From positions 2,404-38,022 of the forward strand of contig JAYODI010000003.1 of assembly GCA_038279365.1 (NCBI GenBank): a stretch of 35,619 bases of DNA. The letters are read 5' to 3'. Shown piece by piece: positions 8,543-16,573 of this stretch (positions within the stretch are counted from its first letter, which is position 1; every line of letters begins with the position of its first letter). Made by a program: the position numbers and the translations under genes. The DNA comes from Candidatus Latescibacterota bacterium (GTDB taxonomy: Bacteria; Latescibacterota; UBA2968). The notes under the pieces are model-generated. The model was not told where the DNA came from and ran no database searches. It saw only the letters and a list, made by a program, of their open reading frames with translations.

Positions 8543-9858
8543 TGGAAGCGATGCCTCTGATTTTGTTTGGTGTGTTGTTTTTGTTGTTGCTTTTGGGTTT
8601 TCCTGTCGCATTTACGTTGGGCGGGGTGTCATTTATTTTGGGGTATATGACTTTTGGTGCCACATTTTTTAATTTGTTGCCATTGCGCATTTGGGGCGTC
8701 ATGACCAATTATGTGCTTATTGCGGTGCCGTTGTTTGTGTATATGGGTGTGATGTTGGAAAAATCGGGCTTGGCAGAAGCACTGTTGGAGACGATGGCGT
8801 TTTTATTTGGGCGTTTGCGCGGTGGGTTGGCCATATCGGTGGTGGTTGTGGGAGCGATGTTGGGGGCATCTACGGGCATAGTGGGAGCCACTGTGGTGAC
8901 CATGGGGCTGTTGAGTTTGCCAACCATGCTTAAGCGCAATTACAAACCCGAGGTTGCCACGGGCACGATTGCGGCATCGGGTACTTTGGGGCAAATTATC
9001 CCGCCCAGCATTGTATTGGTTTTGTTGGGCAGTGTTTTGAATGTGTCAATTGGCGATATGTTTATGGGGGCTGTGATTCCGGGGTTGATGTTGGTGGGGT
9101 TGTATATGATTTGGTTGGTGGTTATTGCTATTTTAAAACCGGAGTGGGCACCTGCTATGCCCGAAGAAGAATTGGCTCATTTTCGCCGCAAGGGCATGGC
9201 GAAACGCATTTTTCAGGCCTTTGTTTTGCCTGCGGTTTTGGTGGTGGCTGTTTTGGGTTCTATTTTTGCGGGTGTGGCCTCACCAACAGAGGCTGCGGCG
9301 GTTGGTGCTTTGGGTGCCACGTTGTTGACCATTGTGCAGGGGCGTTTTTCACGGGAAACGCTTCAATCCGTTATGGTTGAGACCACGCACTTAACGTGTA
9401 TGGTGTTTGTTATTTTGGTGGGGGCTACGGCATTTGGGTTGGTCTTTCGGGGTATGCATGGCGATGCTTATTTAACCGAGTTGATCTTAAGTGCCAATAT
9501 GGGGCCTGGGGCATTTTTGGCACTTGTGATGGTGATGATTTTTGTGGCAGGGTTTTTTATCGATTTTATTGAAATCACGTTTATTATTGTGCCTGTGGTG
9601 GCACCTATTTTTGTGACCTTGGGTGTGGATTTGCTGTGGTTGGGCATTTTGGTGGCCATGAATTTACAAACGTCTTTTTTGACACCACCATTTGGTTTTT
9701 CGCTGTTTTATCTCAAAGGTGTTGCCCCACCTGCGGTTCAGACGGGGCATATCTACCGGGGTATTTTTCCGTTTATCGTGATTCAACTGATCGGTTTGGG
9801 ATTGGTCATTGCCTTTCCTGATTTGGCCACATGGCTGCCTGCCTATTTGAGTCGATAA
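8542..9858 (+). CDS. dctM: TRAP transporter large permease (DctM family)
   Basis: GFPVAFTLGG, AVPLFVYMG, GTLGQIIPPS, SPTEAAAVG, SFLTPPFG. Start overlaps the dctQ stop (TAATG). Confidence 0.95.
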   Translation: MEAMPLILFGVLFLLLLLGFPVAFTLGGVSFILGYMTFGATFFNLLPLRIWGVMTNYVLIAVPLFVYMGVMLEKSGLAEALLETMAFLFGRLRGGLAISVVVVGAMLGASTGIVGATVVTMGLLSLPTMLKRNYKPEVATGTIAASGTLGQIIPPSIVLVLLGSVLNVSIGDMFMGAVIPGLMLVGLYMIWLVVIAILKPEWAPAMPEEELAHFRRKGMAKRIFQAFVLPAVLVVAVLGSIFAGVASPTEAAAVGALGATLLTIVQGRFSRETLQSVMVETTHLTCMVFVILVGATAFGLVFRGMHGDAYLTELILSANMGPGAFLALVMVMIFVAGFFIDFIEITFIIVPVVAPIFVTLGVDLLWLGILVAMNLQTSFLTPPFGFSLFYLKGVAPPAVQTGHIYRGIFPFIVIQLIGLGLVIAFPDLATWLPAYLSR

Positions 9859-9863
9859 ATATA

Positions 9864-9951
9864 GGCAAACGGCAAATGTGAAATGGCAAACGGGGTGGAC
9901 TCACCCCACGAGGTGGTTAAAGTGTAACGTTTGCCATTTGCCATTTGCCGT
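9864..9951. repeat. Inverted repeat built from GGCAAA(C/T) heptamers between convergent genes; probable bidirectional terminator or REP-like element
   Basis: 9869-9892 acggcaaatgtgaaatggcaaacg pairs 22/24 with 9928-9951 cgtttgccatttgccatttgccgt. Internal hairpin ggggtg-gact-cacccc at 9892-9907. Confidence 0.7.
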
Positions 9952-9961
9952 CTGGTTCGTT

Positions 9962-11068
9962 TTATCCGCTGATATTGGTGTAGTAAATTTTTTCTGACAC
10001 ATTTGCCCAGCCCGATACATTTTTGCGGAAGGTGTCGAATGAGGTATAGATTTTTTTGCTCATGGTGTCTGAGGCAATGACTTCTTCGACCACTTCTTGA
10101 GAATATTGTCGCAAAGTTTTGAGAATGGGATCTGAAAACTGTTTAAGTTCTACGCCATGTTCGGTGATCATTTTCTGTAAATAGGCATTGTTTTTGGATT
10201 CAAATTCGGCCAATGCCCATACGGTGGCACGTGCTGCTGCTGTTCTGACAATGGCTTGTAAGTCGGCCGGGAGGCTTTCAAAGGCTTGTTTGTTGACAAT
10301 AAGTTCGATGAGGGTGCCGGGTTCGTGCCAGCCTGGGTAGTAGTAGTATTTGGCGGCTTTGTAAAAGCCCATTAGATAGTCGTGATAGGGGCCTATCCAT
10401 TCGGTTGCGTCGATGACGCCGCGTTCGAGATTGGTATAAATTTCTCCGCCTGCAGAAAGTACGGCAGAACCTCCGGCTTTAGAGATCACTTTGCCACCCA
10501 AGCCAGGCATGCGCATTTTGAGCCCTTGAAAATCATCGATGGTATTGATTTCGCGGTTGAACCACCCACCCATTTGAAAGCCCGTGTTGCCTGCTGGCAT
10601 GGGGGTGAGGTTAAATGGGGCATAGAGTTCATCCCAAAGGGCTTGCCCGCCACCGCTGGTGATCCAAGCATTCATTTGTTGGGCATTCATGCCAAAGGGG
10701 ACGGCTGAAAAAAATTGTGTGGCGGGGGATTTGCCAGCCCAGTAATACGATGCACCATGGCACATTTCGGCAACACCTTGGCTGACGGCATCAAATCCTT
10801 CGAGGGGAGGGATGAGTTCGCCACCACCATATACTTGAATTTTGAGGCGGCCTTGTGACATGGTGTTGATCCATTGGGCGAGGTGATCGGCTGTTTCGCC
10901 TAAAATGGGAAAATGAGGTGGCCAAGTGGTAACCATTTTCCATTCGTATGTTTTTCCGGTATGCACCGCAGGGGCATTGTTTTGTTGGGGAGATGCACAT
11001 CCGGCTAAGAATGCGCCTCCTGCAAGTGGCACTTTTTTTATAAAATCGCGACGTTTGAGTGGGTTCAC
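9962..11068 (-). CDS. dctP: TRAP substrate-binding protein, TakP (alpha-keto acid binding)-like subfamily, Tat lipoprotein
   Basis: Start moved to GTG 11068 (AAGGGAGG RBS). KRRDFIK twin-arginine plus LAGC lipobox; WKMVTTWP, GNTGFQMGGWF, KMRMPGLGG, EWIGPYHD, YYPGWHEP. Confidence 0.93.
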   Translation of the reverse strand: MNPLKRRDFIKKVPLAGGAFLAGCASPQQNNAPAVHTGKTYEWKMVTTWPPHFPILGETADHLAQWINTMSQGRLKIQVYGGGELIPPLEGFDAVSQGVAEMCHGASYYWAGKSPATQFFSAVPFGMNAQQMNAWITSGGGQALWDELYAPFNLTPMPAGNTGFQMGGWFNREINTIDDFQGLKMRMPGLGGKVISKAGGSAVLSAGGEIYTNLERGVIDATEWIGPYHDYLMGFYKAAKYYYYPGWHEPGTLIELIVNKQAFESLPADLQAIVRTAAARATVWALAEFESKNNAYLQKMITEHGVELKQFSDPILKTLRQYSQEVVEEVIASDTMSKKIYTSFDTFRKNVSGWANVSEKIYYTNISG

Positions 11069-11174
11069 CTTACCTCCCTTTGTAATTAACATGAAAAGAC
11101 GGACCTGTGAATCTTTGGGAACGAGTCGCATATGTCTTATAAATGCTGTTGATGATTTGATTTTGGATGCGGCG

Positions 11175-11203
11175 AAAATATTGTAAAGGGAAGAGGATGT
11201 CAA
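11175..11203 (-). promoter_or_regulatory. Putative sigma70-type promoter for dctP
   Basis: Minus strand TTGACA-17 bp-TATTTT. Confidence 0.5.
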
Positions 11204-11325
11204 GCAAAAGGCAGGTGGCGTTTTGCTTAGAGATACGCTATATTGTAATGCAATGTGTGTTTGGTTTTTGAGAGACGATAGATTCTTCTGTTTTTTTTAG
11301 AAATTTTTGAGGTTTGTAAACGGTT

Positions 11326-11715
11326 ATGAGAGTGTTGATTGTTGATGATGAGCCTGCAGTTCGCGAACTTTTGTCGGCGACATTGGAGGCTGTGGGGTGT
11401 GATCAAATCGATTTGGCCCAAGATGGTGAACAAGCTTTGGCTTTAACCATGACACATCGTTATGATTTGGTGACGTTGGATATACGTATGCCGGGTATGA
11501 GCGGCTTAGACACATTGCCCATGATTCGGCATGCGATGCCACGTGCGATTATTGCAATCGTATCGGCCTATACGGCCGATACGATTGACATGGATTTGAG
11601 TGATGCTGATTTGATGATTAGCAAGCCTTTTGAGTTGAAGGTAGTGATGTCTTTGGCGCAGTTGGCACAAGAACTTGTTGATATTCAAAAAGCCATTTAT
11701 GCATTGGGTGAATAA
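11326..11715 (+). CDS. Single-domain response regulator (receiver)
   Basis: VLIVDDE, LDIRMPGMSG, VSAY, SKPF. Confidence 0.92.
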   Translation: MRVLIVDDEPAVRELLSATLEAVGCDQIDLAQDGEQALALTMTHRYDLVTLDIRMPGMSGLDTLPMIRHAMPRAIIAIVSAYTADTIDMDLSDADLMISKPFELKVVMSLAQLAQELVDIQKAIYALGE

Positions 11716-11719
11716 TAAG

Positions 11720-13030
11720 ATGCGATGTCTGTGTTTTGGGTTCTTATTGGTTTTGATGGTGTGTGTGTCGGTTTGGGCCAATGACACGTTTGATGACGTG
11801 CAGATATTAGAACGCGATGTTGCGCGTATTAAAGCCACGGGTGATTTACGGGGTGGTGAGAAATTGATGAAAGTGGTGGTGCGTTTGCGCGACGCCGATG
11901 TTATGATTATGGGAAATGATTATCGTTATGGATATTTGACTCTGATTCCCTATGCCACGATTCAGACGATGACTTATTCTGATATTGGCGGCCATTTGCC
12001 CGATCAATTGCATCGGACATCACCTTTGTATGAAGCCAATTTTGATGGTCAAGATCAACGTTGGTTTGCAATTACATATGAACAAGATGAAAAAATGGTT
12101 GATGTGAGATTGATGTTGGGCAAAGAAACGGCAGATAATTTTATAAAAACTTTGGCAGGTCATGCCCCCAAAACGATTGGACAGTATGTGGATGGTGTGC
12201 CGCGCTTTGGAGATGATGTGGCTTTTAGAGATTGCCGAGTTTTTAGAACGATATCAGATGACGGCAAACCAAAGACGGATGATTTTGCTTGTTTGGTCAT
12301 GATGCGAACAGATGCTTTTGAAGTGGTAGGACAAGATAAAAATTACCAAGAACGCTTTTTGGTGCCCTATGCGGTGGTTCGTCGATTGTCTTATGAGCAC
12401 AGCAATGAGACGTCTTATATGGGGCGGATGCCAGGCATTGGGGCATTTCGAAAAGCAAAACACTGGTTTGTAATTGAAGGGGATGAGACGGTTGCACTGA
12501 TGTTGGCACCTGAGATTGTTGCCGATTTTCGAGAAATGGCACAGGGCAAATCGGGTATGACCATTAATGCCTATGCAGATGAACACAAGTTACAGGCATC
12601 TGCACAAGCGGCCTCTTTGCCTCAAGAGTTGGGCATACCCCATTCAGATGAGGAAACGCTTCAAGTTTTGATGTCGGCCAAAACCATTCGGTGTTTGTTA
12701 GGGCCAGGAACGCGCGCGCTTTGGGCAGATGGTCAATTGACGCGTGATGGCGATGCGCGCTATGATGTGTCGCAGGTATTGGTGTTGGATGCGATTGATT
12801 TGGCCAAGCAGACGGCCCGTTTGCGCAGTGATGAAAAAGTAACGCCCGTACGCGTGGTGGCCAGCCGTAAGGGGTTGACGTTTTTGGCTGTTGATGATGC
12901 GACTTTGGTCATCACTGTTTTTGCACGAAATGATGGCCAATTGGTTTGTGTGTATTCACAACATGTGACAGACGATTCACCACAGGCGAGCCAGTTTTAT
13001 GGTGTGGTAGAAGTTGGAACAGAACCATAA
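11720..13030 (+). CDS. Secreted hypothetical protein with two tandem repeated domains plus a C-terminal beta-rich domain
   Basis: Start moved to ATG 11720 (signal MRCLCFGFLLVLMVCVSVWA). Internal repeat: LIPYATIQTMTY..WFAI..RLMLGKETADNF vs LVPYAVVRRLSY..WFVI..ALMLAPEIVADF. Confidence 0.75.
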   Translation: MRCLCFGFLLVLMVCVSVWANDTFDDVQILERDVARIKATGDLRGGEKLMKVVVRLRDADVMIMGNDYRYGYLTLIPYATIQTMTYSDIGGHLPDQLHRTSPLYEANFDGQDQRWFAITYEQDEKMVDVRLMLGKETADNFIKTLAGHAPKTIGQYVDGVPRFGDDVAFRDCRVFRTISDDGKPKTDDFACLVMMRTDAFEVVGQDKNYQERFLVPYAVVRRLSYEHSNETSYMGRMPGIGAFRKAKHWFVIEGDETVALMLAPEIVADFREMAQGKSGMTINAYADEHKLQASAQAASLPQELGIPHSDEETLQVLMSAKTIRCLLGPGTRALWADGQLTRDGDARYDVSQVLVLDAIDLAKQTARLRSDEKVTPVRVVASRKGLTFLAVDDATLVITVFARNDGQLVCVYSQHVTDDSPQASQFYGVVEVGTEP

Positions 13031-13041
13031 AAAAACAAAAT

Positions 13042-13081
13042 AAAAAAAGGGGATCAGACGCAATGTCTGATCCCCTTTTTT
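13042..13081. terminator. Bidirectional rho-independent terminator
   Basis: aaaaaaaggggatcagac-gcaat-gtctgatcccctttttt, a perfect stem with A/T tracts on both sides, between convergent genes. Confidence 0.9.
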
Positions 13082-13094
13082 ATTTGCATATGGT

Positions 13095-13397
13095 TTATGC
13101 ATCTGTTTTATGGCCATCAAGGTCTGTTCGCAAAGCTTTGATGTTTGTATCCATTTCTTTTTCTTTTTCTACAAGCTTGTCCACTTCGGCTTTTATTTCT
13201 TGCATATCTCTTTCAAGTTCTGCGTTTGCTTTTTCTTGGTCTTCCAAGAGCAACTCAGATTCCTTTGTTGATGCGCGTAGCGTTGCTATGTTGTCGTTGA
13301 GTTGTGTTACGGATTTTAAACCGTCCATAACCACCTTGACGGTCATAATGAGTCCCACAATGGTAATGCCTAAAAAAATTTCTGCGGCACCCGACAT
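13095..13397 (-). CDS. Small membrane-anchored coiled-coil protein
   Basis: N-terminal hydrophobic helix (IFLGITIVGLIMTV) followed by an acidic heptad-rich region. Confidence 0.75.
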   Translation of the reverse strand: MSGAAEIFLGITIVGLIMTVKVVMDGLKSVTQLNDNIATLRASTKESELLLEDQEKANAELERDMQEIKAEVDKLVEKEKEMDTNIKALRTDLDGHKTDA

Positions 13398-13407
13398 AGT
13401 TATACCC

Positions 13408-13734
13408 TTAGCTCGATTTGCCTTTGATCATTTCTTTTTGGTAGGCTCGAATGGCATCATCTTCTTGTTTGCGCGTTTGCAATTCTTGGAGGGTTTTTTC
13501 AATATTATTGATGTTGCGTTGGATGGCACTGCGTCGCGACTCGAGTTGCTTTGTTTCACTGGTTATGCGTTTTTCTTTTTGCCTGGATGCATGCAGTTCG
13601 TTTTTGGCTTTTTGGTAAGTTGCGTGTTCGGATTCCTGCAACCGCTCGAGGCTTTTAATGCGGAAGGAAAAAATAATTTTTGCCAAAATGCTTAACACGC
13701 AAGCAATGAGTGCAATAACCCCAGAGACAGACAT
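13408..13734 (-). CDS. Small membrane-anchored coiled-coil protein
   Basis: Start moved to ATG 13734 (GGAG RBS). TM VIALIACVLSILAKIIFSF, then a K/R/Q-rich coiled coil. Confidence 0.75.
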   Translation of the reverse strand: MSVSGVIALIACVLSILAKIIFSFRIKSLERLQESEHATYQKAKNELHASRQKEKRITSETKQLESRRSAIQRNINNIEKTLQELQTRKQEDDAIRAYQKEMIKGKSS

Positions 13735-13813
13735 GAAATATGCTCCCAATAAATGGTATAATATTTATAAATGTGGGGTAATATGTATGTTAAGTCAAGT
13801 TTAAACGTATTTT

Positions 13814-15262
13814 TTAAACTTTGAGAGGTTTGCCACATTCGCTGCAAAATTTGGCAGAAGGTTTGTTTTGGTGACTACAGGAGAGGCATTTGCCAAGGGG
13901 GGGCAATTGGGTACCGCATTCGTTGCAAAACTTGGTATCGGGTTGATTTTCATATTTGCAGGACGGACAAATTCGGTTATTGGGCAGAATAACAGGTTGT
14001 ATAGGGCGATCTGCTTCGACTTGATTGAGCATAGAAACCACTTTGTGAGAACTGCCAAGGGGTTCTATGAGCGGTTCATCACCTCTTACTGATTCGAGTT
14101 GGATGTCTTCTTCTTGACTGAGATCTATTTGGATGGCATCAATCCGATTTCCCTGAGGATCAAAGAGTAAACGTACAATGGGGTGTGCAAGGTTCTTGTC
14201 TTCAATATCGGCCACAACGCCTTCGTAACCAACATAGGTTCCATTTTGAATGCGAATGTTTGTGCCAATGGGAAATGGGGCAACGGTTTGGAGAAATATT
14301 TCGACCACACGTGGGTTTAAATGAGAGCCTGATAATTCTTGAATGAGGTTTACCACTCTGTTGGCTGGCCACCCTTGACGGTAGGGACGATCTGAGGCCA
14401 TGGCATCATAAATATCGGCCACAGCGGCTACGGCACCAAAGTCGTGAATGGTATTGGGTTCGTTACGGTCTAAGGCCTTGTTGCCTTTAATGCCACGTGG
14501 ATAACCCGAACCGTCTTGGCGTTCGTGATGTTGGTAGGCGACATGAGCGACCAAGTTGCTTAAGTGGGGGGCCAAGGTACGAATGAGATCATACCCCAGT
14601 GTGGGATGGGTTTTCATGATTTCAAATTCTTTTTCAGAGAGTCGCCCAGGTTTGTTTAAAATGTCACTTTGGATAAAAATTTTGCCCATGTCATGTAAAA
14701 GACAACCGATACCAAAGGCCGTGAGGCGTTCTTTTTCCCACCCTATTTTTCTTGCCAATAACAAACCCATGAGGGTGACATCTATAGAATGTTGAAAGGT
14801 GTAATTGTCGTGAATCTTAATGGAGTTGAGCCCAAGGATTACATCTTTGTTCATAATCTGGCTGACCAAGGCATCAACATCTCCAACAATTTGATCAATG
14901 CCTTGGTTGTTTGTGGTGGATTTGAAAGTATCTATAAAACGCTTGGAATGGACATGTTCTTGGGCTTCGTTGAGAGACAGTTCGCGCATGCCATCTAAGG
15001 ACTTAGAAACGGCTTGGAAGGTGTTGGTGAGGTTTTGGATGGCTTTGGCGCGGGCTGCGGGTGGAATCATTTCTGGTACGGATATGTCACTGGTATCGGG
15101 TTCTTGTACGTAAAGAGCAGGCAGGCCCATTTCTTTGAGGCGGGTGACATACGTGCCCTTTAATTTGGCACCACGCCCCAAAAGCAAGCGGTTGTATTCG
15201 TCATACAAATCTTGCCCGATTTGCATGCCCTCTTCAAGATTATTGATGTTGATTAAGCGCAT
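13814..15262 (-). CDS. HD-GYP cyclic-dinucleotide phosphodiesterase with C-terminal double zinc ribbon
   Basis: YTFQHS, LHDMGK, HHERQDGSGYP, VADIYDAMASDRPYR. C-terminal CPSC..FCNECG..CLSC..FCSECG. Confidence 0.92.
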   Translation of the reverse strand: MRLININNLEEGMQIGQDLYDEYNRLLLGRGAKLKGTYVTRLKEMGLPALYVQEPDTSDISVPEMIPPAARAKAIQNLTNTFQAVSKSLDGMRELSLNEAQEHVHSKRFIDTFKSTTNNQGIDQIVGDVDALVSQIMNKDVILGLNSIKIHDNYTFQHSIDVTLMGLLLARKIGWEKERLTAFGIGCLLHDMGKIFIQSDILNKPGRLSEKEFEIMKTHPTLGYDLIRTLAPHLSNLVAHVAYQHHERQDGSGYPRGIKGNKALDRNEPNTIHDFGAVAAVADIYDAMASDRPYRQGWPANRVVNLIQELSGSHLNPRVVEIFLQTVAPFPIGTNIRIQNGTYVGYEGVVADIEDKNLAHPIVRLLFDPQGNRIDAIQIDLSQEEDIQLESVRGDEPLIEPLGSSHKVVSMLNQVEADRPIQPVILPNNRICPSCKYENQPDTKFCNECGTQLPPLGKCLSCSHQNKPSAKFCSECGKPLKV

Positions 15263-15374
15263 GGGAAATTTGCATTCAAGTATGGAGAAAGAACAGATTG
15301 CCCCGTAAGAGGGGGCCTAATCTTTTAGCAAGAATAATGGATAAGATAAGATGTCGATAAAAAATAGGCAAGGG

Positions 15375-15914
15375 TTACTGCCAGCGTAGTGTGGTGGTGC
15401 CACGCATTTGCCATACGCGGCGTGGTGGGTTAGAAACGATGGTGACTGAACACGCGAGGTGGATCGGAAGGGGAGAGTGAAGTTGTTGTCGTGGGGTTAG
15501 CAAAACAGTGGCAATATGTCCTGTACTGGGCAAGGGCGCAAATTCGAGGCGATTGTTGTAATACGATATGGTTTGGCTATTTGATGTTTGTTTGAGGGGT
15601 TGTTGACGCCAATCGGTTACGGATAGAATTTGGAATGAGCGGGTTAAAGAACTGTCTGGGTTGGAAAATGTAATGGCATATTCAAACCCCAGTAAGCTGG
15701 CACAACGCGGGATAAATATTTGAAGGCTTAAGTTTTCACCTCGTTGAGGCACTGTTGCTGTGGTGATGCCATTGTTTATGGCAGGGTTTTCGGCAATGGT
15801 ATCAAGCTGTACGTTTTCGTCGGTTGTGAATATTTGGAGGTCGGGTAAATGGCGTTGGGCAAAAAGAGGATGTGTGAAGATGAGAAGGGTGAGGCAGATA
15901 AGATATTTTTTCAT
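15375..15914 (-). CDS. Secreted hypothetical beta-sandwich protein (possibly cohesin-like)
   Basis: Signal [19 protein letters not shown]; alternating beta-strand pattern; ATGA overlap with the upstream REC gene. Confidence 0.65.
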   Translation of the reverse strand: MKKYLICLTLLIFTHPLFAQRHLPDLQIFTTDENVQLDTIAENPAINNGITTATVPQRGENLSLQIFIPRCASLLGFEYAITFSNPDSSLTRSFQILSVTDWRQQPLKQTSNSQTISYYNNRLEFAPLPSTGHIATVLLTPRQQLHSPLPIHLACSVTIVSNPPRRVWQMRGTTTLRWQ

Positions 15915-16573
15915 TGTGTTTCAGATGCGGCATTGATATCGATGATTTCGATACCTTCTATATAAGGTTTGGTGACATATTGTCGAATTTGTGCCATTTT
16001 TTTGACAATTTCAGATATTTTTCGTGCCGATTCATGCAACGCCTGAATGTTTTCCAGATGTGGACTGTTGGTGTCTATTTGGAACATGAGCAATTCTGCC
16101 ATGCCAATGAGTACGGTGAGGGGTTGGTTGATTTCGTGGGCGGCTGCACCAGCAGCTTGGGTCAGTACGCGATTGCGTTCGGCCTCCATGAGACGGTTTT
16201 GTAATTCGATAACACGTTCACCCACGCGAATGCGTGCTTGGAGTTCTTCTGGGTTAAATGGCTTCGCAATATAATCATTTGCTCCTGCGCTGAGACCTTC
16301 TACAATGTCGTTTTTTGCTGTTTTTGCAGTGAGTAAGATGATGTATGCCAATTCTCCATGTGGCAATTGGCGCACGCGCCGACACAATTCGACACCGTCT
16401 ATGTAGGGCATCATCCAATCGAGAATGGCCAAAGAAGGTGCGTCTTTATTTTGAAAGACCTCCCATGCTTCTTGACCATTTTGGGTGGCGATGATTTCGT
16501 GCCCCCATTTGGAAAGATTGGCTTGTAAAATACGGCTGTTTATGGGGTCATCTTCTGCAATTAATATTTTCAT
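15911..16573 (-). CDS. Response regulator receiver fused to a DHp (HisKA) domain, without HATPase
   Basis: ILIAEDD, LDWMMP, LTAK, AKPF, then H-box AHEINQPL; protein ends with no ATP-binding boxes. Confidence 0.88.
   Translation of the reverse strand: MKILIAEDDPINSRILQANLSKWGHEIIATQNGQEAWEVFQNKDAPSLAILDWMMPYIDGVELCRRVRQLPHGELAYIILLTAKTAKNDIVEGLSAGANDYIAKPFNPEELQARIRVGERVIELQNRLMEAERNRVLTQAAGAAAHEINQPLTVLIGMAELLMFQIDTNSPHLENIQALHESARKISEIVKKMAQIRQYVTKPYIEGIEIIDINAASETQ

Noticed and set aside
12946-13695. 249-aa plus-strand ORF
   Set aside because: Crosses a strong terminator and is antisense to two credible coiled-coil genes; its S/F-rich composition is typical of a shadow frame.
15300-15317. 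Small GC hairpin upstream of the HD-GYP gene as a riboswitch or terminator
   Set aside because: Only a 5-bp stem, with no good U-tract and no recognisable c-di-GMP riboswitch motif.
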